A DNA stretch of 63,394 nt, filler included, from Lenisia limosa (lineage: Eukaryota > Protista > Breviatea), in NCBI GenBank assembly GCA_001655205.1. It is 12 parts of 12 records of this genome, joined end to end, with 100 filler letters (N's around TTAATTAATTAA, not from the genome) between each part and the next. Parts side by side here need not be neighbours in the genome. Positions count along the whole stretch, not along the records: positions 14,970 to 32,366 come from LPNZ01002344.1; positions 32,467 to 34,960 come from LPNZ01002659.1; positions 35,061 to 40,786 come from LPNZ01011033.1; 9 more parts are not named here. One strand, given 5' to 3'. Below, piece after piece: positions 26,031-38,100 of the stretch (position 1 is the stretch's first letter; each line of letters starts with the position of its first letter). The notes below the pieces were generated by a model. The model was not told the origin of the DNA. It saw nothing but the letters and a program-made list of their open reading frames with translations, and did not search any database. A program made the position numbers and the translations under genes.

Positions 26031-27309
26031 TTAATCCTCCTCCTCTATCTCCCCATCTTCACCCTCTGAATCAGACTCCTCGTACTCCTCCTCAATCTCG
26101 TTGTCTGAATCATTCTTCTTCCTTGCCTTGGCCCTCGCAAGTGCCTCCTCCTCAACCTTCAGCCTAGCTTCTTCAGTGTCGTTCGGCAGACCCTGAGCAG
26201 CACGCCTCTCCTGTCGCCTCGCCTCTTTCTCTGCTAGCTCTTCTTTCTCGAACTCTCTGAGGGAGTCAATTCAAAATACTGCTCAATTAACGAATCCATG
26301 AGCACAAGTGATGTAATACATCGTTTCTCAGACCGTCTGCCCCATTCTCACCTCAACGCACTTCGCCTATCTCTCTCACTGAGTCCTCTCAACTCAGCAT
26401 ACTGAAAAGTTAAGAATATTCTTTTGAATACATTTCTACAAAGCAAGCACCAGATGAAGTGGGGGGGGGGGGTGNNNNNNNNNNNNNNNNNNNNNNNNNN
26501 NNNNNNNNNNNNNNNNNNNNNNNNNNNNNNNNNNNNNNNNNNNNNNNNNNNNNNNNNNNNNNNNNACAGGGTCTAGGTACTGGTGACTAGACCACCCTTG
26601 AATGGTTTGAGAAGTGCTCCTCCCCATCCCATTCTCTCTCTCTTTCACACACACTCCGCAGTAGAGTCACACTATGCCCCCTTCATCAGTAATAGCCCTC
26701 TCAACATCCCCTTCCAAACCTTCTGATTTTCACTTGCCATTTTTTCTTCAGGAGAACGTTCGTCACTAATGAGTTTCGTGAGCAAAAAACAATGAAAGGG
26801 AAAGGCCCCTCAAATATGCCGATAGCATTACTGATGTGGATTACCCCCTCACTCGTTCACAACCTGGCTCATCTGTCGACACTTGGCACATACTCCCTCT
26901 TTCCTGTAGCACTCGGTGCATAAACAATGGTATGCCAGCTTCACGCGAGGAAGTTTGCAGGCCACACTACAACAATCAAAACCCATACACTGGAGCCATG
27001 TCAATAGTGTTGCACACTAAACTTCGTGCACCCAATTTCGGACATACCACTTTGCAGGACGAGTAAGAGGCTTGTACTTGCGGTATTTCTTTCTCCACTC
27101 CACCTGGTCATGGCAGCGCTTACAGAGACTGAGTGTCAGTGTTGAGGGGAATAAATGAGGGTAGGTGTCGTTTAGATGATAACTTACCCCGCATTAGGAG
27201 CAGCTAAGATGGCTTCAGTCTTTTTGCTTGCTTTGTTGTGCTTGAACGAGAATTTATTTTGATACTTTGGGGGACGAGTTCTGCCAGAGTCTCCACGTGC
27301 GGTACTCAT
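26031..27309 (-). CDS. C9orf85: C9orf85/DUF2039 family Zn-binding protein with acidic tail
   Basis: MSTARGDSGRTRPPKYQNKFSFKHNK..|GLCKRCHDQVEWRKKYRKYKPLTRPAK|..AYHCLCTECYRKEG; acidic C-terminus ending TAA at 26031. Confidence 0.85.
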
Positions 27310-27607
27310 TTGAAATACAAAATGGGTGGTATAACTTTTTATTCAACAATTTCTAATAACAATAGGCTTAAAGAGATGTTGAAAGGGTTGAAAAAAGGAA
27401 ACAACTGGTCAGAGGTCAGGGGTAAAAGGGAAAATCAACCTGGATACCCTAGTTTATTCCTGCACTCTAAAAGTGAAAAAATGCTGAGAAAATCTGGAAA
27501 TCGGATATGTTGTTTTGAGTCTAGAATTTAGATTATTATATTGGTTAGAGCATTAAAAACAAGGTTTAGGTTCGCAAGAAAGGGTAGACTTTTCCTTCGC
27601 TTCTAAA

Positions 27608-30600
27608 ATGGTTTGCAAGGGAATGACAGAGGATAGGTCTGGTATTAGACTGATTAACTAGGACGATCCAACGCTTTCAGACGAGAAGGGTATTCAAGAC
27701 CTTGTTCTTCTGTCAACTCTTGATGAGACTAACCTCATCGAAGCTCTTGAGAAACGCTTCTCTCATGATCAGATCTATTCATATTTGGGGGATTCCCTCA
27801 TCTCACAAAATCCTTATAAACCAATTCCTGGTCTCTGCACCCCTGAGCGCATTGAAGAGTATAGAAACCGCGAGAAATTTGAAAGAGAGCCACATGCGTA
27901 AGTTTTTCTGCTCTCCCTTTCCAATTCCCGACAATTGCCGACAAAAGTCACCCTCCAGCTATGCCATCGCTGAATCGGCCTACCGCCAGCTTTGCAAGTT
28001 CTCAGAAAACCAGACCATTATTATTTCGTATGTTTGGGCATGGCAACATGGGTTGACAGGGTTTCCTGCAACATTGTTCTATTTTTTATTTATTATTATT
28101 ATTATTTTTAATTCTTATCAGAGGAGAATCTGGAGCGGGTAAGACTGAGGTGAGCTGGGGATAAGACACATCTATTGGAATTTAGGTTGAATGGTTGATC
28201 TTGCAGGCTTCCAAGATTGTGATGCAGTATATTGCTGCAGTGTCTGGTAACGGAGGAACCGCGGACATCGTGAAGGACAAGCTTCTTGAGAGTAACCCTC
28301 TTCTCGAAAGTGCGTCTTCTGTTCTGCTCTTGCTTTTTTACCCTTTTTAGCGTTCGGTAATGCAAAGACCCTTCGTAATGACAACTCCTCACGTTTCGGT
28401 AAATACATGACCATGAACTTCAATGAGCTGGTGAGTGGGACTGGAGGTGGAAATGAAATGATCTCGCACATTTTGCTTACTGTTTAGGGAGAGCCCATCG
28501 GCGGTAATGTCACCAATTATCTTCTTGAGAAGTCCCGTGTCGTCAAGCCCCTTGAAGGCGAGCGTAACTTCCACGTATTCTATCAGCTTCTCCATGGTGT
28601 CAGTGACGACTTGCTTGGTTTGTTTCCATCATTCAGAGTAGCACTAATACCTCCAGCTGAGTTTGAGTTGACTCGTGACCCACTTCAATACCGCTATCTC
28701 TCCGTCTCCGGTTGCACCATTGTGCCAACCATTGACGACAAGGAATGGTTCGTCGCCACCACTGTGAGCCCGGCCCCACCATAGTTATTTGCTCCTCTCG
28801 GCTCTGTTGTTTGTTTTATCTCTCCCAGCACGCTATGGACACCTTGGGCTTCAGCAACGAAGATCAGACTCTCATTTGGCGCACTCTGGCTGGTATCCTG
28901 CACCTGTCAAACGTTGAGTTCGAGGAAGATGGTGACGGTTCTAAAGTCACCAACCCAGACGGTAAGCAAGCGTAAGAACAAGTCCAAGGCTCACGCAGTA
29001 GAGCTGGCCAAGTTCTGCCGTCTCACTGGCACGGCACTTGACACCATGTCGGCAGCCTTGACGCACCGCCGTGTTCAGACCCGTGACGAGTCCTTTGAAG
29101 TTGAACTTGATACCCAGCAGGTTATTTGCGGCCAACAATTCGATTCAACGAGACTGTCTTTATGGCGTGTCCTATTAACGAATTTAGGCAACCTACTCGC
29201 GTGACGCACTTGGCAAGTCCCTCTACAGCCGTCTGTTCCAGTTTGTCGTCGACACCATCAACGTTGAGCTCCACAGTGTCACTTCCGTATGTTGGGATGG
29301 ACGGGAATGGATTGTCAGCAGATCCCGGTGCAATATCTCATACTTGCAGGGACCTCAGGGTAAACAAGTCGTCATCGGAGTGCTTGATATCTATGGTTTC
29401 GAGATCCTCACCACCAACGGATACGAGCAGCTTTGCATCAACTACTGCAACGAGAAGCTCCAGCAGCTCTTCATAGAACTCACCCTCAGGGCGGAACAGG
29501 TAAGCGGAATTCCGCCCCACAGCGACTATCAAACTCGTCTCATCTGTTTTAGGAAGAATATGCGAAGGAAGGCATTGAGTGGACGCCTGTGGAGTACTTT
29601 GATAACGAAGTGATCGTGTCCCTTGTCGAGAAGAAGCCGATCGGCATGATTTCTCTCATGGACGAGGAGGTCACTCTTAGCAACACTGACGACATTGCCC
29701 TCCTCCACAAGCTCAACGACAGATTCAAGGTGGGGCATGGCGGAATGAAATAGGGTGTCAAACTGACGTGTGGTTATTGACCCGTTAGGACCACGGCCAC
29801 TTTGTCTACGAGCGCGCCACCAACATCAAGGCCAAGGAGGGCGTCTTCACCATCAAGCATTACGCCGGGGATGTCAATTACGAGGTGTACCAAATGCTGG
29901 ACAAGAACAAGGACAGTCTCTACACCAACGTTGTGTCCGCCATGCAGGCATCCGAGCTTGCCAAGGTCGGCCACTCCCATCCCCAGTACCGCCGTTCTTG
30001 GTCTGACTGTTTCAGATCCCGACTCTATTCCCCGAAGACGTGCAGAAGCAGCACAAGCGTCCCGAGACTGCCGGGTCTCAGTTTGTCCGCCAGGTCAACT
30101 CGCTCATCAAGGAACTCATGGCTTGCTCTGCGCACTACATCAGGTATGGGCCCTCACAGTACTCAAGCATGGGATACTTGAGAGAGAGCGGTCCTTTGAC
30201 ACTTCAGATGCATCAAGCCCAACGGCGAGAAGGCAAGTGGCATCTTCACTGGCGAACTCGTGAGCACAATGTCAAACTTTCGAACATACGGTCCTGATGC
30301 TATCTGGGCTTTGTTTGTTTTNNNNNNNNNNNNNNNNNNNNNNNNNNNNNNNNNNNNNNNNNNNNNNNNNNNNNNNNNNNNNNNNNNNNNNNNNNNNNNN
30401 NNNNNNNNNNNNNNNNNNNNNNNNNNNNNNNNNNNNNNNNNNNNNNNNNNNNNNNNNNNNCCCCAGGTCAACCATCAGTGCCGCTACCTTGGTCTTCTTG
30501 AGCAAATCCGCGTCCGTCGTGCTGGTAAGCCGACACACTCTTCCAACCTGGAACATGCCTCATCTCCCTCCAGGATTCTGTTACCGTGCTGAATATCCCC

Positions 30601-32244
30601 GTATGCTCCAACGCTACAAATGTCTCTCCCCCAAGGTACGGTTCTCTTCAAAGCCATTCTAATGATTACCTCTACCACTCCATTGACCCTCAGACTTGGC
30701 CGCTGTACCCCGAGGACGATGCTCAGAACGGCGTCGTCACTATCTTCCATGTGGGCTGCAATACTGGGCAACACTGTTCTCGAAAGTGCTAGCGTTGACA
30801 TTCCATAGGGCCTCTCCTACAAAGATGGCGATTATGCCCTCGGCAAGACTAAGGTGTTCATCAAGGATCCCATGACCGTGTTTGAGCTTGAGAAGAAAAG
30901 GGAGGCCATGAAGATCAACCTCGCCATCAAGGTCAGGGCTCTAATGCTTGTCTCATACTACCTAATATCCGATTTTCATTCGGGTGTGGTTTCGTATTCA
31001 AATGGAACAGCACGCAGCATTCTTGAGCCCGCATTCGCATGACCATTCAGATGCAAACCATTGTCCGGGGCTACCTTGCCTGGATCAAGTACCAGCGCCA
31101 AAAGGTCGCCGCCTCTATGTGAGTTGCTAACCTCCCACCAGGCCAAAAACAACTCTAGATAGCCGATGATTAGTTTTCACTTTCAAAATCCTAGTGTAGA
31201 TCGGGGTAATAGGTTCCTGACACACCACCTTCACTCTCTCTCCCCTCCCCCCTGTATAAGGGCCTCTAACGGCCGGATATTTAGGCTTGCCTCCAGTTGG
31301 CGCGCACACCACTACCGAAAGGTGTATCTGCACAAGAAGGCATGTACGATCCTTGCCCAGCGAGTTGAACGGTTTGTCCATTTGTCTGCTGTAACAGCGT
31401 AGTGGACGACAGGCCCGTTGGCAGCTTAAGAGAGAGCGTGCTGCAGCCATCCGCACCCAAGCGTGGTTCAGAGGTGAGGCCCTCCTCTGGCTTTCCTATC
31501 TAATTACACAGGTCAAAGGCCGCGTCAGGAGTTCCTGATCCTTCGAGCCGCAACAATCAAGGCTCAAACGGCGGTGCGCTGCTACTGCTGTTGGGTCAAG
31601 TTCAGAAGACAAAAGCAGGCTACAATCATGTAGGCTCTCCATCCTCCCCCCTACCCTTCCCTGGATTTTCAGTGAATTTATCCGTTCGTAAGAACCAATA
31701 ATTAGTGGCTTTTGTCTGGTTCTGATGAGAGTGTTGTGTCAGGTCGGGGGTGAAGGCTTGGCTCATTGATCTCATAATTCCAGAGAGACCCTTCGACTCA
31801 ACCCCAACCCAAATCCAAGCAATATTTCATCCATCACTATCATTCTATATTCTATTCAAAAGGGGTAGTGAAGGTGGTGTGCAAATCAAACCAATTTTTC
31901 AAAAAACGAATTTTCAAACAAACAAAAACTGGGTTCTTTGTGTAATGGTCGTTTTCTTTTGTAATACCCCTAGGGTTCAAGCGCAATTCCGCTGCCACTG
32001 CGACCGCAAGCAGTTCCTGACCATGAAGTCTGCCGCCACTACTATCGAGGCTAAGGAAAGGTTGGTAATCACCTCCTTATTCGGCCAATACAGAACAACA
32101 TCCTCTTACTCTCCAGAATGCGGCAACAACGCTGGTTCTACCTGAAGCAACGTGAGAGTGCCATCAAGCTCCAAGCGGCACAACGCTGCCATAGTGACTA
32201 CACCAAGTTCAAGACCCAGAAGGCTGCTGCTATCAATATCCAAC
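27608..32244 (+). CDS. MYO1: Class I-type myosin heavy chain with long IQ array; tail cut by gap and linker
   Basis: ATG-only first exon; [122 protein letters not shown]; then repeated IQ exons. Confidence 0.93.
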
Positions 32245-32466
32245 GTGGGAATGTTACCTATTTCTTTGTTGCACTGTCTTTAGTCTATTTCTTAAGTGCC
32301 ATTTTTGTTGTCTTTGGATGGGGATCTTCCTTATCTGAGAATAATATTGTTGTTGAGATTGCGTACNNNNNNNNNNNNNNNNNNNNNNNNNNNNNNNNNN
32401 NNNNNNNNNNTTAATTAATTAANNNNNNNNNNNNNNNNNNNNNNNNNNNNNNNNNNNNNNNNNNNN

Positions 32467-34860
32467 CCCCCCACGGAAGCCTCCTCGTCGGCAGTTACGA
32501 TTCGCACGTCGTTGTTAACTATTGAGGGGACTGGCAGGGCGGGGAGAGCTTCGGCTCCTTCCAGGTCGTTGAGCGCCTGGTGATGGTGATAATGTTGTTG
32601 GTGGTGATGATGATGATTGTGGTGAATTAATTTCGATATAATACTATTAGTATTACATTCCAACCAAGAAGCCTTCCAAGCATAGAGGAATTGTCACCAC
32701 AGTTTCATTCCGGTTCGAAAAAGTCCAGTAAACTACCGATGGATTTATCGATAATTCATTCAGTTTTTTTTGAACCGAAGTGAAGCCCTAATTCCCACAG
32801 ACCTTCCAAACATAGAGGAATTCTCGCATACACGCACTCTGCTTTTGCGCGGTTTGGTTTTGGGACTTTAGAACCCTGTGGAGTAAAAATGAAGCACCGC
32901 GACGCTACCAAAGCCCAAATAGTATCTGGATGAAGCCGCATCATCACGCTTATAAGAGAGTTATAGTATCTGGACAGGTCCACGCCATCACATTTATAAG
33001 AGACATTGGATTAAAGTTGGTATTTCATCAACTGGTTAGAAACCACATTTTCATATTTGTAGCCTCATTGCTTTCAAGTCATTCATAAATTCCCCCTGGC
33101 TTACTTGATGAAATGATGAACGGCTGCATCCAGATGCCCCATGAAGTAGTGCTGCCGTCCTGGGGAGTAAAATGGGTAAATGTTTGAAAATAAAACAAAA
33201 ATACCCAAAATCAACTGTGACTTGGTTTGAGCAATTAGCGATACAATTAGAGTTAGACAGAAGTAAATCTCAGAGAGATCTGCCCATTCCAATCTCGGCT
33301 TAACCCCGCTTTAAACACCAAAAATGGGAGAAAAAAAAGTGAAACCCAAAACCCCCAAAATTTGGAAAACCCTGAATCGGGAAAACGGACATTTTATTTT
33401 GCAATTCTTCACCCTGGAATTCGTTCGTGTTGTTCACTCACCACAGCATCACATAGCCCTCATTGCAATCAACAAAAATGTACGAAATCACCTCCTTACC
33501 CAGAGTGAAACTCGCATGCGTGGCCACTTTCGTCCAGTTGGAGTCCTCATAGGCGGCAAGAGCGAGTGTAAAGCAGCGGCGTGCGTGGATGCGATGCCCG
33601 CCCGTGCCTAGTCTGGGGGGTGAAATGAAGGAAATTTCGATGAAGAATAGTGGCGTAAAGGTACTATGCTAATCACGAAAAGAATAACTGAAACTCCAAA
33701 CAAAAAAACAAGCAAAAACAAACACGAGGAAGTGAAATGAAGGGAATTTAAGAGGGGGGTGGAAAGGTAGAAGGGGAGGGGAGCTAGTCACGCGAAAAAT
33801 GCAAAAAAAAAGGAAGTCAAAATTCCTTCTTCTTGTTTCAAGGTAGTGACCAATAAATAGAGACGAGAAATGAAAACAAGGTTGTATCAAGGCAAAGCTA
33901 TCCACACCATCACGCTTTTAAGAGACATTGGATTAGAGTATAATATTCATTCACCCAATCATTTGCCTTACAACTCTGTGTACAAATAACTCACCTTTGA
34001 GCCGCCAGAATGAGGTTGAAGTAGCACTTGCCTAATATGGTAAGTTAAGGTTGAGCCACAATTTTATCGACTACATATTCAGAAATCCCTGTTTTATTTT
34101 CCTGAAATGATCACCCTACTAATAAATGGGGTGGTAGGCAACGCAGAGAATACACACACAATGTAGTACACACACATGTATAATATAGCTATTATATAAA
34201 TATATAATTATATGATATATTATACTACACGTATAATATATCATATGTGATTCTATGGCATAATTTTTTCATTAAACTCACACGCACACTAAGATTACAC
34301 GTCATTTCAATTGTTAGACTTACGAAATATAGAGCAGTGTTTATAGTCACCATTATAGCACCATCCATTTCACAAGATTATCATTTCCCTTACGAATAAG
34401 GGGAGTGGGGCAACGCAAGAAGCAATAAGCAGCCTGTTCCAGGAAGAGACCTCCTCGCAGGTCTGAGGACTGGGGGGGGGGGGGNNNNNNNNNNNNNNNN
34501 NNNNNNNNNNNNNNNNNNNNNNNNNNNNNNNNNNNNNNNNNNNNNNNNNNNNNNNNNNNNNNNNNNNNNNNNNNNNNNNNNNNNNNNNNNNNNNNNNNNN
34601 NNNNNNNNNNNNNNNNNNNNNNNNNNNNNNNNNTAACAATAATAAAAATAATAATATATTAGTAAAATGTACATACTACATATGCATATGGATATTCTAT
34701 CATTACTACTATTATAATACAAAACAAAAAATGTTAAAAACTACCTCAGCGGCGGCGTAAGTGAACATGTTGGCTGCGGTCCTAATCTGTCCGGTCGCCA
34801 AGAGAGCCGCGCCTTGCATCATGACCTGCCGGGAGTATTCCAAATGGTGCCTGGGATGGT
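32467..34860 (-). CDS. TRAPPC8: TRAPPC8/Trs85 internal fragment
   Basis: DLRGGLFLEQAAYCFLRCPTPLF|RKCYFNLILAAQR|..GHRIHARRCFTLALAAYEDSNWTKVATHASFTLG|RQHYFMGHLDAAVHHFI|..QKQSACMREFLYVWK|..LPALPVPSI, co-linear with human TRAPPC8. Confidence 0.9.
33612..33720 (-). repeat. Intronic repeat C; other copies 35281-35360, 56252-56300, 59350-59440
   Basis: Minus-strand consensus GTTTGGAGTTTCAGATTATTCGGTTCGTGATTAG..TACCTTTACGCCA..ATTCTTCATCGAAATTTCCTT. Confidence 0.8.
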
Positions 34861-35141
34861 TACTGAAGTGCAAACTACTGGTCCAGCTTTCTCCAAATGA
34901 TGACTTAAATAATAGAGTTTTTGGTTTGATTTAGTGCTTAACTTTCAGTTTCAAAAGGCTNNNNNNNNNNNNNNNNNNNNNNNNNNNNNNNNNNNNNNNN
35001 NNNNTTAATTAATTAANNNNNNNNNNNNNNNNNNNNNNNNNNNNNNNNNNNNNNNNNNNNCAGGGGGGTAAAATTGGGCAAATGAGAAAACTTCTCCTAG
35101 TCTGCCCCCCTCCCCACTTCGCAAATAGCCGAGCATTGAAC

Positions 35142-38100
35142 CTCAGTTATGTGCTGAGACCCCACAATGGCGAATTTGAGAGCCTGGTTGAACTTTCCAG
35201 GGCGGTGAGCCTATGGGGGATGAGCCTTTATCAAACAAAAGAAAATACCCAATTAAAGAGGCGAAGGGGGCAAAAAAACTAAGGAAATTTCAATGAATAA
35301 TATTGGCGTAAAGATTCACCAGGGTTAATAATATGATGATAAATCAAACAAAAAAATAGACAAGAATCATGCCATAATTGGACGAAGAAGGAAAGTTCGC
35401 AACCCCACAAACCTGGAATGAAATATTCAGTTTCACAGACTCCTTGGGCCCAAGCACCCATCGTGTTGGAGGTTTCATAACTTCAGGTTCGACAGGGGGC
35501 ACAACCGCGGCGGCATGGCCGGATGAATGACCGCGACTCGTCACAACCGGGGCTTCCTGCGGCTCCGGAGAGGGGGGACGCGGGGCGACCAGTTGGAAGC
35601 GCCGGACCTTATCTGACTGCTTTGGATTGGTCGAGGCTGGCATGTGGAGGACTTGAAGAAGGACTGGCGGCGGGATAGCGAGAGCGCCTTCGTCACTGTC
35701 GATCTCGGCAACCGGCTCTGGCAGAGCCTCAAGAATCTCGGCAAACACCGAATCACAGTCAGCGGAGCCGTCAACGGACACCGCAAAGGCCAGTCCGGGT
35801 GGAAGGTTGGCAAGGGCAAGAGCNNNNNNNNNNNNNNNNNNNNNNNNNNNNNNNNNNNNNNNNNNNNNNNNNNNNNNCTTGGCTTTGCCCTCCTTCTGCA
35901 TAGGCGCGTCAGATTGTGACGAGAACATTGCTACAGCGGCGTCGACGCCGGCAAGATAAACGTTGGCGTCGGCTTGCCACGGGTCCACGGAGTCCCCGGT
36001 CGGTGACAGGGCCCCCTTCTTACCCCGGCCCTTCAGGGGGCGTCCGCGTTTGTCTTTCGTTACATTCATTGCGCTGTCGCCATGCTCTAAAACAGGCTCG
36101 TCATCCTGAGGTACATTACCACCCGGGCTGGGGAGGGCACTTCCGCCAGGGGTCAAGGGAGCGTTGTCGCCTTTGTCTTTGGCGTTACGCCGGCGCCTCG
36201 CCTTCTTATCGTCGTCTTTGGACTTGGTCTCTGCAAGCCTCCGAGCCTCATCTTCGGCCACGACCTTCGCCAGCTTCTCCTGTCTACGCTGCCGCCGGAT
36301 CTGAAGAACGCGGCGGTCGTACTCGTCGCGCGCGTCCACGTCGAGCGCATCGTATTCGTCTTCTGACAGCTCCTGGAACTCGGTTTCCAGCCGCAGTATC
36401 TCGGCCTCTTGTGTCGCTGCGGCCGCGACAGCCTCATCAATCTCACGTTGCTTCGCTTCTTCAGCCTCGCGAATGCGGTTTTCCTCCTCCTGGCGCATGG
36501 TTTCGATACGCAGACGCGCAGTGTCCGTATCCACATTCACGTCCACTAACCAGCAGCGTTTGGCTGTCGGCTGCGGCGGCGATGCGGCTTCTTCGAATGC
36601 GGTGACAAGGGTCACGGCGCTCCGAGCCGTGTTCAGGCCAGTAGAGGTGATTTTCGACTTGGACTTGATCAAACCCCGTACCGTGGTCGGCGGCATAGAG
36701 ACGACCGGTGCTTCCTGTTCTTCTTCTGTCGGAAGCTGGACTTCGGGAGGGACGGGGCGTGTGGACGCGCAGCACGCAAGTCTGATTGCGGTCACCGTGG
36801 CTACCATACTGGCAGCGTACTTGGAGTTCAAACTGTCCCAAACCGAGCCTCTTGCATGGGCAGGGCTTCGGATGGCTGTCCAGGCCAAACCGGCAATTGC
36901 CTCTAAAGGAAGATTTTGTCCGGACTGAAGTCGGTCACGTGACCATTTCGCCAGGGGGTCGACATCTTCAGGCACAGTACCCGGGCGTTCGTCCTCGTTT
37001 TCATCTTCAACAGAGGGCGGGACCGCGGACAGAGCCGAGTCGACAATGTGGTCGAGGTTCATGAGAGTCAAGCCATGGCTCTCGATCAAGCTATTAACGG
37101 CAGTTGTCACGCCGGCACCACTCAGACCGTGAACAATGACGTTGATGGAGTTGTCGTGCGGCAACGCTGTGGCCTTCTCGTTGCTGTCAAGGTCGATCGC
37201 CTCGACCGTGTCAAGAGGAGGAAGCCCTTCAGCCACGCGACGAGCGCGCTCAGCGGCGAGCAGTGTGGGGTGTAAGCTCTCTCCGGCCTTTCGAGGGGGA
37301 AGGAGCATGGTGTCCGAATCCGGGTCCCAGCCCTGTGCATGGCGGAGAATCTCAACTTCCTGATGATACAATGAGTCGAAGTCCAAACTGTAGAACTCCA
37401 GGCTGTGCATCGTTGGGTTTGTCAGCTCAACTTCGCCCAACTCCGGCTCGACCGCGGTCGGCAAGACGGGTCCGAGTACCAGTTTGGAGGTACTGGCCTC
37501 GAGCCGAAGGACGTCGCCAGAGCCTCTCACGCTCAAAGTGCGGAAGCTGCTGTTGTGAGTGATCCGGAACGGCAGTTCGGCCTTAAAAGACCCCTCGTCA
37601 GTGGGTGCGAAGGTGACCTCAATATTGACTCTGCCGCCGGCGGCAAGAGATCCGGAGTCCGGGACGACTCTAAAGGGCGTGCCGGAGGTGTAGCGGCCTC
37701 CGCTTGTGCCGTATGGAGTGTACGACCATTGCGCCACGACGGGCGATGGGTTATGCAACTGGACTGTGACCACCTTGCAGAGACCGCAGACAACGTGGCC
37801 GAAGACAAGCTTGTCTTGGCTGAAGAGCACATCAGGGACCGTAACGTGTGCCTGGAGAAGAACTTCGACTGACGGTCCATCCCGTATGCTGATAGGAACA
37901 ATGGTGTTGACCATTCCTTGGTTGCCGCGTTTGGCCCGGGTTTGGATAGAGAACACTAAGTCCACGGACTCGCCAGGGGGCAGGGACTTTACCCGGTCAG
38001 GTGTGATACTGAAGAATGACGACTGCAGTGCTTTACGGCCGATGTCCAAACTGGCCGCTACCACTCCGGTGTTGGTGAACGTAACAACTCTCTTTCGAGA

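Noticed and set aside
32415-32663. ORF with a poly-His/Gln stretch
   Set aside because: The His run is an intronic CAT/CAC repeat before the CAG acceptor; only the ALNDLEG.. part is TRAPPC8 exon.
33160-33425. B-bearing introns as complete introner copies with shared exon-junction duplications
   Set aside because: Their 5' portions are unrelated and I saw no consistent junction duplication; only the 3' cassette is shared.
35916-37872. Several long plus-strand ORFs opposite HYDIN
   Set aside because: Expected from high GC and codon bias of the HYDIN exon; no recognisable motifs.
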